Part shown: in pieces, positions 50,844 to 61,700 of the stretch
Numbering within the stretch: position 1 is the first letter of the stretch
How the letters are laid out: each line of letters opens with the position of its first letter
Origin: Candidatus Binatia bacterium
GTDB taxonomy: Bacteria > Desulfobacterota > Binatia > UBA12015
DNA length: 64,000 bases
Assembly: GCA_029248525.1 (NCBI GenBank)
Contig: JAQWJE010000014.1
Location: forward strand, 139,561 to 203,560
Direction: 5' to 3'
Translations under genes and position numbers: made by a program
Notes under the pieces: model-generated
Database searches by the model: none
The model's input: only the letters and a program-made list of their open reading frames with translations
What the model was told of the DNA's origin: nothing

Positions 50844-51563
50844 ATGATCCTGAACCTAGACGTTTTGACGCGGCTTCTCTACCCTTGCGCCTGCTACCTC
50901 TGTCGACGCCCCTTCCACGCCTCCCGAACACCCGATCTCTGCGGGGAATGCCGCAGCGGGTTGCGCGTTCGCCAAAACACCTGCTTCCATTGCGCGCGGC
51001 CAGCGGCGGCCGCCTCTTGCCACGAGTGCTTGGCCAACGCCCCCTCCTTCCAGCGGACCTATGCACTATGCCTCTACGGGGCCGGCCAACCCGGCCAAAT
51101 GGCCCTGAGACGCTGGAAAATCGGGGGCGAAATCAATCTGGGCCGGGCACTCGGTCGGGCCCTGGGCCGGCCGTTACGCCAGCAACTGGGCCCGATCGAC
51201 GGAATCGTCCCGATACCGGGCCGCCGAATCGCCTCGGCCTGGCGAGGCTTCGACACAGCGAATCTTCTGGCCGAGACTCTGTCACAGGTGCTACCGGAGT
51301 CTCCACCCGTCTTCCGCAATTTCGTCCGCCGGGTGCCCCATTGGCACTGGGGAGGAGCCGCGCGACGGCGACGCGCCCGAGGCCAGATGCGAAGTAGCCT
51401 TTATCGACCGGGACGCGGGAAAATCCCACAAGGCGCGCGACTTCTGCTGGTCGATGACATCATGACGACTCAGGCCAGCGCCCGTCGCTGCAGTGATTTG
51501 TTGCTCGAAGGCGGGGCGGCACGGGTCGAGGTCGCCGTCATCGGCAGGACGGCAAACTCCTGA
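50844..51563 (+). CDS. comF: ComF-family protein (double zinc ribbon + phosphoribosyltransferase-like domain)
   Basis: CYLC/CGEC/CFHC/CHEC, VPIP..RGF, LLVDDIMTT. Confidence 0.85.
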   Translation: MILNLDVLTRLLYPCACYLCRRPFHASRTPDLCGECRSGLRVRQNTCFHCARPAAAASCHECLANAPSFQRTYALCLYGAGQPGQMALRRWKIGGEINLGRALGRALGRPLRQQLGPIDGIVPIPGRRIASAWRGFDTANLLAETLSQVLPESPPVFRNFVRRVPHWHWGGAARRRRARGQMRSSLYRPGRGKIPQGARLLLVDDIMTTQASARRCSDLLLEGGAARVEVAVIGRTANS

Positions 51564-51758
51564 ACTCGGGCCACCGCAACGTGCCATTGCGCCGGCCGAG
51601 TCCATCCCCAGGCCCGCGGAAAGGCTTCGGAAGCCATGTCTCCGAACGAGAATAAACCACGAAAATAGGCTCGAAGTCTTGAGTTTCTTCGGACGAGAAG
51701 AGAGAACATAGAGCCTGTCTCTGCCCCCGCAAAGGGCAAAGGCAACGCCACAGACCAA

Positions 51759-52364
51759 ATGAAACTCGGGGTACTCATATCCGGACGAGGTTCCAACCTT
51801 CGTTCCATCATCGACGCCGTACAGAAAGATCGGCTGAACGCGGAGATTGTAGCCGTACTGAGCAACCGATCCGACGTCGAAGGGCTCTCGCATGCAGCAG
51901 CCGCGGGTATTCCCTGCGCGGTATTCCCGCACGGCGACTTCCCCAATCGACAGACCTTTGAATCCGCGATCGTTGCGCACCTCAAGGATGCCGGTGCGGA
52001 TACGATTGCCCTCGCGGGCTTCGATCGTATCGTCACCTCCACGCTGCTGCGGGCGTTCCCCAATCGCGTGGTCAATATCCACCCGGCCCTCCTGCCAGCA
52101 TTCAAGGGACTCCACGCGCAAAAGCAGGCGCTGGAGCACGGCAACAAGATCACCGGGGTAACGGTGCATTTCGTCGACGAAGAAATGGACCACGGTCCCA
52201 TCATTGCGCAGGCTGCTGTTGCCATCGAGGACGGCGACACGGAATCGACGCTGGCCGCGCGAATCCTGCGCGAGGAACACCGCCTCTATCCGGAAGCTTT
52301 ACAGGCACTCGCCTCCGGGCAACTGCGCCTCGACGGCCGGACGGTACACGGAGGACCACAGTAG
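51759..52364 (+). CDS. purN: Phosphoribosylglycinamide formyltransferase
   Basis: ISGRGSN, LAGF, NIHPALLP, GVTVHFV...DHGPII. Confidence 0.97.
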   Translation: MKLGVLISGRGSNLRSIIDAVQKDRLNAEIVAVLSNRSDVEGLSHAAAAGIPCAVFPHGDFPNRQTFESAIVAHLKDAGADTIALAGFDRIVTSTLLRAFPNRVVNIHPALLPAFKGLHAQKQALEHGNKITGVTVHFVDEEMDHGPIIAQAAVAIEDGDTESTLAARILREEHRLYPEALQALASGQLRLDGRTVHGGPQ

Positions 52365-53849
52365 GTGAGCGCCTCCCCCGCAGATTCTGCCGCCAAACAG
52401 GCCCGGAGGCTTCGAGAAACCGGCTCGGTTCAAAAGCTGTTGGAGACCTACGGCTCGATCAAGTCGCCAGACGCCGCCTGGTCCGACCACGAATTGGTTC
52501 TCGAAGTCGCCCGCGCACATTCTCTGGCCGGCAACGAAAAAGAGGTCGAGCGGTTCTTTGCGCGCTGCGTGGAACTGAATCCCCGCAGGGCCGCCCTGTA
52601 CCACTGCCAGGTCGGATGGTTCTACCAACGCAGGAAACGCTGGGCGCGAGCCATTGATTGGTACGACTCCTCCCTCAAGACTTTCGGGAACTATCATTTA
52701 TGCCTCTTCCGACGCGGCTATTGTCTGGAAAGACTCCACCGGCCACAGGATGCAGCCGAATCCCTGCAGAGCGCGGTCTCCACTTACGAGAACAGTTCGC
52801 CCGAGCAGCAACAGCGCTCACGAGGCATCCAGATTCAGGCACTCTTTCATCTATCCCGCAATCTGCGCGAGATCGACAACCTCGACGGGGCCCGCAACGC
52901 GCTCGAGAGCTGCAGCAACCTCGACAATGGACCTGATATCATTATTCGCCACGAGCACCGCCTTGCGAGTCGCGCCGAAATCTCGATTTCCGAAGGCTTG
53001 CCCGAGGAAGCCTTGCGCGATCTGCACGCCGCCTGCGAACTCGATGGGAAGTCCCCGGTCATCTGGGAAAGACTTGGGCGGACCTACGCGGCGCTGGGAA
53101 ATACGGAGAGCGCCGAGGAAGCCCTCGTCCGCGCAACGAGCCTCCCCCGGGGCGCGGTCGCTCTTGTCACCTTGGCAAGATATTACCGACATGAACATCG
53201 CTACCTCGAGAGCGCCGAGAAGCTCGTCCTCGCGCTGCGGGAACACCCGCGAGGGGAGTTGCAAATCCGACTCGAAATGGCTCGTCTGCACCTCGACCTC
53301 GAGCGCCCCCAAGCCGCCCTCAACATCCTGAAGCGCCTGGCCGACGGCCGGGTGCCGCCCAAATCGACAATCGCCACCACCGTCCGAACAACGATGGCTG
53401 AAATCCACGCGGCTTCGGGCAGGCGAACTGCGGCCATCGAAGAGCTTCGCCTAGTCGTCGAGCAAAACCTCACCAACCAAAAACTGCAGGATAAATTCGA
53501 CGCACTGGTTTCTCTTCATGCCTCTGAGGGTGACGAACCTGCGGTCGAGGACGACGCTCCCCTGCCCAGCCGGGTAGAAGATATTCTCAAGGACAGCACT
53601 CCACGGAAGTTCGGAGAAGTCCTCTCCTACTTTCCCGATCGTGGATTCGGCTTTATCGCGCATGGACCCACCAAGGAAACCGTCTTTTTCCACGTCAGCC
53701 AATGCCCCGAGATGGAAGGCACATTGCCGGTACCCGGGATGAAGGTTTCCTTCACCATCGCCTCGAACCATCGCACCGGTAAGGAACAGGCGCAGGACGT
53801 CCTCCAAACAGAGGAACTTCTCGCCAACGCAGCTACCGTGAGCGGGTAG
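52365..53849 (+). CDS. Tetratricopeptide-repeat protein with C-terminal cold-shock (OB-fold) domain
   Basis: Repeated TPR-like helical pairs (e.g. WERLGRTYAALGNTESAEEALVRA); RNP1/RNP2-like RGFGFI and VFFHVS; GTG directly after purN TAG with GGAGG RBS. Confidence 0.8.
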   Translation: MSASPADSAAKQARRLRETGSVQKLLETYGSIKSPDAAWSDHELVLEVARAHSLAGNEKEVERFFARCVELNPRRAALYHCQVGWFYQRRKRWARAIDWYDSSLKTFGNYHLCLFRRGYCLERLHRPQDAAESLQSAVSTYENSSPEQQQRSRGIQIQALFHLSRNLREIDNLDGARNALESCSNLDNGPDIIIRHEHRLASRAEISISEGLPEEALRDLHAACELDGKSPVIWERLGRTYAALGNTESAEEALVRATSLPRGAVALVTLARYYRHEHRYLESAEKLVLALREHPRGELQIRLEMARLHLDLERPQAALNILKRLADGRVPPKSTIATTVRTTMAEIHAASGRRTAAIEELRLVVEQNLTNQKLQDKFDALVSLHASEGDEPAVEDDAPLPSRVEDILKDSTPRKFGEVLSYFPDRGFGFIAHGPTKETVFFHVSQCPEMEGTLPVPGMKVSFTIASNHRTGKEQAQDVLQTEELLANAATVSG

Positions 53850-53882
53850 CCCCGCCTGAACTCGCGCAGGAATCTCCGAGGC

Positions 53883-54614
53883 TTAGCGACCCCGAGCGTA
53901 GATTGCAGCGAGCCGGCCGGGCGACACGCCAATGGCATAGCCCAGCCGCAAGGCCCACATCAGAAGGATCGTCCGGAAGACGCCATTGCTCTCCCAGCGC
54001 CGAGAAGATGTCACAACACGCGACCGAAGGGCGGCACATTTCCCCTCGCGGCGAAGGCGGATCGATAGATCGACATCCTCCATCAAGGGCATCTCTCGAA
54101 AGCCGCGTATTTCCATGAACACCGACCGTCTTACAAAAATTGCCTGGTCGCCCGTCGAAATCCCGGTCAGACGCGAACGCCAATTCATCAGAAACTCGAC
54201 GAGTCGCAAGCGAGAATCTTCGCCGGAAAGGCGCACATCAAAACGGCCCCACGCCACTCGAGTGTCCTGCAGTGATTCACGAATCTGCGTTGCGAAGTTT
54301 TCCGGCAAGACGGTATCGGCATGAAGGAAGAGCAAGACCTCACCAGCCGTGGTGAAAGCACCCTCGTTCATTTGGCGCGCCCGCCCCGGCTGGGAGGAGA
54401 GCACTCGTGCCCCTGCTGCAGCGGCGATATCCCTTGTCGCATCCAGGCTCCCGCCATCAACCAGGACCAGTTCTCGTACCGCCGGGTCGGCAGCACTATG
54501 GATGGCAGGCGCCACCGAGCTTTTCTCATTCAATGCGGGGAGAATCACATCGAGAAACGGACCTCCCGGCAACTCTGCGATCGAGGCCGCCGAAGCTCCG
54601 GGCGAGCGACTCAA
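53883..54614 (-). CDS. GT2 glycosyltransferase, TIGR04283-like (rSAM/selenodomain- or arsenosugar-associated type)
   Basis: P.LNE, VDGGS.D, GRARQMNEGA, FLHAD, GDQAIF, PLMED, TSSRRW. Confidence 0.85.
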   Translation of the reverse strand: MSRSPGASAASIAELPGGPFLDVILPALNEKSSVAPAIHSAADPAVRELVLVDGGSLDATRDIAAAAGARVLSSQPGRARQMNEGAFTTAGEVLLFLHADTVLPENFATQIRESLQDTRVAWGRFDVRLSGEDSRLRLVEFLMNWRSRLTGISTGDQAIFVRRSVFMEIRGFREMPLMEDVDLSIRLRREGKCAALRSRVVTSSRRWESNGVFRTILLMWALRLGYAIGVSPGRLAAIYARGR

Positions 54615-55708
54615 GGTGACTCGGGCTCCGCCTGCAGCGCCTGTCGCAGGCCGTCGAAATCACGCAACCCGCGAGATTCAATCTCCTGCAACAATCCGCG
54701 GTTGAGATCCGCTGCCAACAAGGGACCTTCGTAAATCAGCCCGCTGTACAAGGAGACCAGATCCGCACCTGCGGCGATTCGGGACAGAACGTCCTGAGTC
54801 GAGGAGAGACCTCCCACGCCGATAATCGGGACGTCAGGGCCGACGGCCGCCCGCAAAAGACGTACACATACATCGGCTCGCTGGCGCAGAGGAGCGCCAG
54901 AGAGGCCGCCCCCCTCCTGCCCGGCAGTGCCACGCAGACCCGGGCGCTCAATCGTTGTATTGGTAGCGATCAAACCACCAGCCCCCGCACCCAACGCGGC
55001 TTGCGCGATCGAGGCGAATTGATCATCGGGCAGATCAGGAGCCAACTTTACAAAAACAGGCGGCGCCGCCTGCTGTTCGCTCGCAGCCGTCATTACGGCA
55101 GCCACCAGCCGCGACAAACGCTCGGGGGCCTGTAGATCTCGCAGGCCTGGCGTATTGGGTGAACTCACATTGACCGCAATATAATCTGCGAAGCGTACGA
55201 GACAGCGCACCGAATGGGCAACGTCTTCGAGCTCGGCTGCCTCATCGCCCATCACCTTGCGGGAACAACCCACATTCATACCCAGAGGCGTCGGCCCGGG
55301 AGAAGCGAGGACGTCGGCAAGGCGAGCCGCCACGGCATCCGCACCTTCGTTATTGAAACCCAACCGATTAATCAGAGCCTTGGCCTCGGGGACACGAAAC
55401 ATTCGTGGCTTGGCGTTCCCGGATTGAGGGTGCGCGGTTACCGTTCCCATCTCTGCAAAACCGAAACCCAATGCGCCCCAGAGGTGCGGTGCAATTGCGT
55501 TCTTGTCGAACCCGGCGGCCAGACCAATCGGTCCGGGGAACCGCACCCCGAGAACCTCGCTCGAGAGTCGCGGGTCGATGGCCGGGCTCCCCGACGTGCG
55601 CAAAACACATTGCGCGGCGCGCGCCGCACCCAATGCGAGGTGATGCGCCCGCTCTTCGTCCACCAGAAAGAAGAGCGAGCGCAGGTAATCGTAACCAGGC
55701 AGACTCAA
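54611..55708 (-). CDS. pyrD: Quinone-dependent dihydroorotate dehydrogenase (class 2)
   Basis: GLAAGFDKN, NRLGFNN, NVSSPNTPGLR, KLAPD, TNTT, GGLSG. Confidence 0.96.
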   Translation of the reverse strand: MSLPGYDYLRSLFFLVDEERAHHLALGAARAAQCVLRTSGSPAIDPRLSSEVLGVRFPGPIGLAAGFDKNAIAPHLWGALGFGFAEMGTVTAHPQSGNAKPRMFRVPEAKALINRLGFNNEGADAVAARLADVLASPGPTPLGMNVGCSRKVMGDEAAELEDVAHSVRCLVRFADYIAVNVSSPNTPGLRDLQAPERLSRLVAAVMTAASEQQAAPPVFVKLAPDLPDDQFASIAQAALGAGAGGLIATNTTIERPGLRGTAGQEGGGLSGAPLRQRADVCVRLLRAAVGPDVPIIGVGGLSSTQDVLSRIAAGADLVSLYSGLIYEGPLLAADLNRGLLQEIESRGLRDFDGLRQALQAEPESP

Positions 55709-55965
55709 GTCTTCTCCAACAAGGGATCCAACTCGCCGGCGCGCTCCAGTGCGGCCAATTCGTCGTAACCACCGATGGGGATTCCGGAGATGAAAATCTG
55801 CGGCACGGTCGAACGCCCCTCCGCCCTCGTGCGAAGCAACGCACGTTCACCCGGCTTGCCGGTGACGTCCACTTCCGTGAAAGAAACTCCTTTATCTGCC
55901 AAAAGATCCTTTGCAGCGTGGCAATAAGGGCAATAACCAGTCACGTATACGATCACTTCCGCCAT
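55705..55965 (-). CDS. grxC: Glutaredoxin 3
   Basis: CPYC, TVPQIF, GGYD. Confidence 0.92.
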   Translation of the reverse strand: MAEVIVYVTGYCPYCHAAKDLLADKGVSFTEVDVTGKPGERALLRTRAEGRSTVPQIFISGIPIGGYDELAALERAGELDPLLEKT

Positions 55966-56017
55966 CCCCATTCGAGTAATGATTCAGGGGCCCGGCAGCA
56001 AATGGAGATAACCGGAC

Positions 56018-56827
56018 GTGCAGGCATTCGATGAATTAGTTCAACTTCTGGCGACCCTCCGTGCCCCCGGGGGCTGCCCTTGGGACCGCGAGCAGACCCA
56101 TCAAACGATTCGGCGCTACGCAATCGAGGAAGCCTTTGAGGTGGCCGAGGCAATCGACTCCGGCAATCCCGAGGAACTTCGGCTTGAGCTGGGAGATCTC
56201 CTGCTTCAGGTGGTTTTCCACGCCCAGATTGGCTCCGAATCCGGAAACTTTGATATCGAAAGCATTTGTCGGGGTGTGATCGAGAAGATGGAGCGGCGGC
56301 ATCCGCATGTTTTTGGCGACGTCGAGGTCGCCGATGCCGCTGCCGTTGCCCGAAATTGGGAGGAAATCAAAGCGGTGGAGCGCGGGAAATCGTCCTCCGT
56401 GCTCGATGGAGTGCCACGTGCACTGCCGGCGCTGCAGAGAGCCGAGCGAATCTCCGAGAAGGCCGCCAAGGGAGGCTATGATTGGAATCAGGCCGAGGAG
56501 GTTCTGCCCAAAATCGCCGAAGAAGCCTCGGAACTGACGGCCGCGATGGCGGCCGAGAATCCGGAGGAAATGTCTGCAGAATTTGGCGATTTGCTCTTTT
56601 CTCTGGTGAACTATGGGCGAAAGCTGGGCATCGACCCCGAGGAAGCCCTGACTCAAACCGTGCGGCGATTCGAGAGCCGATTCCGATTTGCCGAAGCCAG
56701 CGCTCGAGACTCCGGGACGAATCTGGGCGATCTGAGCGACCAGGAACGTGACGAACTTTGGGAATCGGCAAAACGCTCCACCACAACTACGCCTGGCACC
56801 ATTGACCCCAAAGCCCCTGAAGGCTAG
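56018..56827 (+). CDS. mazG: Nucleoside triphosphate pyrophosphohydrolase MazG
   Basis: LR..GGCPWDREQT, EE.FEV, ELGDLLLQVVFH, RRHPHVF, E.GDLLF. Confidence 0.96.
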   Translation: MQAFDELVQLLATLRAPGGCPWDREQTHQTIRRYAIEEAFEVAEAIDSGNPEELRLELGDLLLQVVFHAQIGSESGNFDIESICRGVIEKMERRHPHVFGDVEVADAAAVARNWEEIKAVERGKSSSVLDGVPRALPALQRAERISEKAAKGGYDWNQAEEVLPKIAEEASELTAAMAAENPEEMSAEFGDLLFSLVNYGRKLGIDPEEALTQTVRRFESRFRFAEASARDSGTNLGDLSDQERDELWESAKRSTTTTPGTIDPKAPEG

Positions 56828-56838
56828 GCATTTCCCCC

Positions 56839-57102
56839 ATGGCGAACCATCCTTCAGCCCTCAAGCGGCATCGGCAGTCCTTGAAGCGCGCAGACCGCAA
56901 CACAGCGATCCGCACCAATATGCGCAACTCAATCAAAAAGCTCCGGAGTCTCGTGGAAGCTGGCGACAAGCCCGCCGCCCAACTCCAGCTTCGAGAAGTC
57001 GAGAAAAAGCTCCAAAAGGCAGCGACCAAGGGTGTTCTTCACGCCAACGCAGCTTCCCGCCGCGTGTCCCGATTGACCCGCGCCGTGGGCGGTCTGGACT
57101 AG
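56839..57102 (+). CDS. rpsT: 30S ribosomal protein S20
   Basis: MANHPSALKR, KGVLHANAASR. Confidence 0.97.
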   Translation: MANHPSALKRHRQSLKRADRNTAIRTNMRNSIKKLRSLVEAGDKPAAQLQLREVEKKLQKAATKGVLHANAASRRVSRLTRAVGGLD

Positions 57103-57142
57103 GCAGAGTCGACCCTGCGGCGCCGCGCCCTCGGCTTCGCGC

Positions 57143-57181
57143 CCCGACTTCAGCTCCCGACTTCAGCTCCCGGATTCAGCT
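57143..57181. repeat. 13-bp tandem repeat x3 (CCCGACTTCAGCT, last copy imperfect) spanning the holA stop
   Basis: cccgacttcagct cccgacttcagct cccggattcagct. Confidence 0.7.
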
Positions 57182-58173
57182 AGCAGCTTCCGCTGGCCGA
57201 TCGTGAGAAAAAGGTATTCAAGCGGCGGCGAGGCCGGTATCCCTCTTTTCGATCGAACATCGATCCGAGAGAGCTCCTGCAGAATTCGCTGCAACTCCAG
57301 TGACCGGTAGTTCCTGGCCTTGGGAACTACGAAAAAGCCCCGCCCCCCGCCGAAAGCTTTTTTTGCCTCGGCCTCCGAAAGGCCCTGATCCAAAAGAGCG
57401 CGCGCTCGCAACAGCGCCCGGACCTCTCCGGCTAACTCCCCGATCACCACCTCGGTCGCAACGCCCTGCGCCAGGGCGGTTCGGAGTTCCACCAGAGCCC
57501 GACCCATCCGTCGGTCTCGGAGGGCTCCGGAAAGTGCGAATGCCGTGCGCGCCTTGTCTCCGCCCAGGGATAGCAAGGCCTGCTCATGGGTGACCGGCTG
57601 GTCGCCGAAGCGCAAAGAGAGCTTTTCCAGCTCATTCGCGAGCCGGCCAGTATCGCCGATGACATGACCAAGCACCGCCTCTGCGGCCTCCGGTTCGAGA
57701 CGCAAGGATTTCTCCTTGCAAAGCTTCCGCAACAGATCTTTCCATTCCGGGAGGGCCTTTCGCATATCCTTTTGTTGCGGCCCGACTGTCTCGATACAAT
57801 TTGCCTTTTTCAAGGCCGCAAAAAGGCTGCGTCGCAAATCGGGTGCCTGAGCCAACAACAGCAAACGCGTGTCCTCCGAGATTGTGCCGCAAAGCTCCAG
57901 AACATCCCGCTGCAGATCGTCCTTCATGCGATCGGCCATCCGCAAGACGATCAACCGGCGACCCGTCATCGAGACGGTACGAATCGCCGTCGAGATTTCC
58001 TCGATATCCACCTTGTCTCCATAGAGAACATCGAGAGCACCAAACATCGGGGTCTTGCCGAGCCATTCGTTCTGAATCTTCTCGAGCTGGCCATCCACCA
58101 GAGCCGGATCCCCGAGCAGCAATCTGACCCGCTCCGGGTCCGGCGGGCTGGGCTTGGGGGCGGCTTTACCCAT
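57163..58173 (-). CDS. holA: DNA polymerase III subunit delta
   Basis: Position after lptE and convergent with rpsT; LLLG, ELEKL, D..SK features; divergent sequence. Confidence 0.85.
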   Translation of the reverse strand: MGKAAPKPSPPDPERVRLLLGDPALVDGQLEKIQNEWLGKTPMFGALDVLYGDKVDIEEISTAIRTVSMTGRRLIVLRMADRMKDDLQRDVLELCGTISEDTRLLLLAQAPDLRRSLFAALKKANCIETVGPQQKDMRKALPEWKDLLRKLCKEKSLRLEPEAAEAVLGHVIGDTGRLANELEKLSLRFGDQPVTHEQALLSLGGDKARTAFALSGALRDRRMGRALVELRTALAQGVATEVVIGELAGEVRALLRARALLDQGLSEAEAKKAFGGGRGFFVVPKARNYRSLELQRILQELSRIDVRSKRGIPASPPLEYLFLTIGQRKLLAESGS

Positions 58174-58766
58174 CAGAAGTTGTCGACCATCGAGTTGTAG
58201 AGTTCGCGAGCCAGATTCTCCGAAACCTTCCGCAACGCATCACCCTGCTGCGATTCGGCGACCTGCACATCCGACAAACGCAGAAGGTCAGCCTCATTCA
58301 GTGTCGAACTCTCCTGAAACTCGGAAGACTGCGCAATCACGGTTGTCGCCGCCGCACCGTAGGAATCACTCTGCTGGAGTCCGTCAACCCGCCACACGAC
58401 CTGCCCGGTTTTCGGATTCGTGAGTCGCGCACTGATGCGAACAATTGTTTCGTACTGCAAAGCTTCGTCGCTGCGGGAAAACCCGACCGGCCGAACGTCC
58501 AGGCTCTGGACCACACCCGACAGGACCACATCGGCGCGCCCTGCCGAGGTTTGCTCAAAACTGCCTCGCTTGGCGACCTCCAACGAAAATGCTTCCTGAA
58601 TTCCGGTCACCAGGCCGGGCTCCTCGGTCGCATTTGCAAAAGGCTCGAGCGCGATCTTTGTGCCTCCGCCGGGCAACGCGGTCGCCACACCGGGAAAGTT
58701 GTACCCGCAGGAAGTCAGAAGGATCGCGGAGAAGACGACCGGCAAAATGCCTCGGAAGCTCTTCAT
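58173..58766 (-). CDS. lptE: LptE-family LPS assembly lipoprotein
   Basis: Lipobox LTSCGY; F.N.T.EPGL; leuS-lptE-holA synteny. Confidence 0.85.
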   Translation of the reverse strand: MKSFRGILPVVFSAILLTSCGYNFPGVATALPGGGTKIALEPFANATEEPGLVTGIQEAFSLEVAKRGSFEQTSAGRADVVLSGVVQSLDVRPVGFSRSDEALQYETIVRISARLTNPKTGQVVWRVDGLQQSDSYGAAATTVIAQSSEFQESSTLNEADLLRLSDVQVAESQQGDALRKVSENLARELYNSMVDNF

Positions 58767-61700
58767 CCGATCACCACATTCACCAGGCGACCCGGAACGA
58801 CGATGATCTTGCGAACTTCCTTACCTTCCAAAGCGGCCTGGACCTTCTCATTCTCGACGGCAATACCCTCGAGAGCCTCCTTCGAAACATCAGCTGCGAC
58901 GGAAAAACGCCCCCGCACCTTACCGTTGATTTGCAAAACAATCTCGAAGGAATCCTCAACGAGCGCCTCCCCGGAGTACGATGGCCACCCACCGTCGAAG
59001 ATACTCTCTCCATGCCCGAGCCAGGAATGGAGTTCCTCAGCCAGATGTGGCGCAAAGGGCGCCAATAGCCGCAGAAATACTCCAATGGTTGCAACATAGG
59101 TGGGAGAAAGATCAGCGTGCGCCGCTCGATGCTTTTGTAATTGATTCAGCATCTCCATCAACGCTGCGATCGAAGTATTGAAGGCGAGCTTTTCGAGATC
59201 CTCGGAAACCTTCTTCACGCTCGCGTGAAGAAGGCGCAGGAGATCACGATCCCCTTCACCTTCGACCCGACCTGCTTCGGCGGCAGCGATCTCGGCCGCT
59301 GCACTCGCCCGCAGAGCCGTGAGTGCCTCGCGATCCTTGCCAACAAGTGTCGTGATGCGAGTGAGAAAGCGCTCCGCCCCCGCGACCCCCTCATCACTCC
59401 ATTCCATATTGTTCTCCGCAGGTGCGGAGAACAGAATGGTAATCCGAGCAACATCCGAGCCGTGCTCCCGGATAAAGGGCCCCATCGGAACCCCGTTACC
59501 CGCGCTCTTGCTCATCTTCTCTGGGCCACTCCGAGCAAAGAAGAGTCCGTCTTTTTCCACCAAATCATGGCTGGCCGCCCGCAGAGCGGTCTGCATTTCG
59601 GATTGGGGAAGTGATCGGGCTTCGATGCCGATAGACTTGCAGAGAGACTCCGGCGCGAGCAGTTGGCCATCTTCGCTCAAGCTCAGCGGCGTTTGTACAC
59701 GGCGTTGCACCATACCCTGCGTGAACAGCGCACGGAAAGGCTCGCTCTCCGGCACAAGGCCCTCGTCAAAAAGAACTTTCGTGATAAACCGCGAATAGAG
59801 CAGATGGAGGATCGCGTGCTCCACGCCACCGATGTACTGATCCACGGGTAGCCAACGCTCCATAGCTGCCTTCGACCAAATTTCTTCGGTATTCGTAGCG
59901 TCGGCATAGCGCAGGAAATACCAGGAGGAGTCGACAAAGGTATCCATCGTATCCGTATCCCGAAACGCGACACCGCCGGTTTCCGGATCCACCGCGTTCA
60001 CAAATTCCTCGTTCGCCGCCAACGGCGAGCGACCGCGGGGTTTGTAATCCTCAATCACCGGCAACACGACCGGTAGATCCTTGTCCGGTACGGGAACAAT
60101 TGTGCCGTCAGGGCGGTGCAACATGGGGATTGGCGTCCCCCAATACCTCTGCCGACTCACCAACCAATCCCGCAAACGGTAGGTGACCTTGGCTCCCCCT
60201 TGTGACGCGGCCTCGAGCCGCGTCACAATTCCTTCGCCTGCCTCCCGATTGGGAACTCCATCCCAATCGCCCGAATTCACCAGAACGCCCTCCCCAATAT
60301 AGGCGGCATCCGGCTCGGCGGTCGGGGGCGTTTCGCCCTCGGGGACAATCACCGTCCTGCGCGAGATTTCGAATTTTTCGGCAAATGCAAAATCTCGCTC
60401 ATCGTGGGCCGGCACCGCCATGATCGCGCCTGTTCCGTATCCCGTCAGAACATAATCAGCGACCCAAACCGGAACCGATTCTCCGTTGACCGGGTTTTCC
60501 GCATAGCTGCCGGTAAATACGCCGGTCTTTTCGCGGTCGAGATTTTGCCGCTCGACATCGCTACGACGCGAGGCTGCGGCGACGTAGTCGTCCATCGCTT
60601 CGCGCTGATCGACCGTGGTCAGAGTGTCCACCAGGGCATGTTCCGGTGCAAGAACCAGAAACGTGGCTCCGAAAAGGGTGTCGGGCCGGGTCGTAAACAC
60701 CGAAATCGAATCTCCCGCGGCGCCAACGGCGAATTCGACCTGCGCACCCTCGCTGCGACCGATCCAATTGCGCTGCATGGCCTTGACCTTTTCAGGCCAT
60801 CCCGACAGTTCGTCCAGATCCTCCAAAAGACGCTCGGCATAGTCGGTGATCCGAAAAAACCATTGGTCCAGATCGCGCTTCTCGACCAGTGCGCCGCTGC
60901 GCCAACTTCGACCTTGTGCATCTACCTGCTCGTTAGCGAGCACTGTCTGATCGACAGGGTCCCAGTTGACCGTCGCCTTGGCGCGGTACGCCAGACCCCG
61001 ACGGTAGAGCAATTGAAAGAGCCATTGCGTCCATCGGTAGTAATCTGGTTTGCAGGTGGTGACCTCGCAATCCCAGTCGTAGATAATCCCTGCAGCTTCC
61101 AGCGACCCCTTGGACTCCGCGATATTCTGCAAGGTCCACTCACCCGGCGGGCGTCCGGTCTTGATCGCCGCGTTCTCGGCGGGAAGGCCGAAAGCATCCC
61201 AACCAAACGGATGGAGGACGTCATAGCCCTGCATCACGTAATACCGCGTCAGCGAGTCGCCGATATAGTAATTCTTGCCGTGGCCCATATGAAGATCGCC
61301 ACTTGGATAGGGGAACATTTCGAGCACATAGCGGCGTTCGGCATCAGGACGACGTCCCGCTTTAAAAATCCCTCGGGACTTCCAAATTTCCTGCCAACGC
61401 CCCTCGATTCGAGGATCAAACCGGAACCGGTCCTTGTCTGTTGCCTCCACGCTAACCCTCTCCGCTTCACCCGCATTGGGGACTTTGTCTTCCAACATCG
61501 TGCGCGCCACGGCATCCAGAACACCGTTCACAAACTGCGGCGACTCATCCCCACAAAAATCACGTGCCAGACGAATGGCCTCATCGATCACAACCGCAAT
61601 CGGCGGGGCATCCGGACCCGTCATCTCGGCTACGGCCAGTCGGAGCACTTGCGCGTCCATCCGAGCCATTCTCTCCAACCGCCAACGAGCGCCGGCGCCG

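Noticed and set aside
51564..51758. Possible ZMP/ZTP or PRPP riboswitch upstream of purN
   Set aside because: No GACUGG / GCCUGGGC pseudoknot elements or other consensus visible; only small hairpins.
52362..52367. Stop-codon readthrough (Pyl/Sec) fusions at purN-TAG-GTG, ribH-TGA-TTG and ribD-TAG-TTG
   Set aside because: Each downstream gene has its own plausible start and no SECIS/PYLIS-like structure is evident; this is ordinary operon packing.
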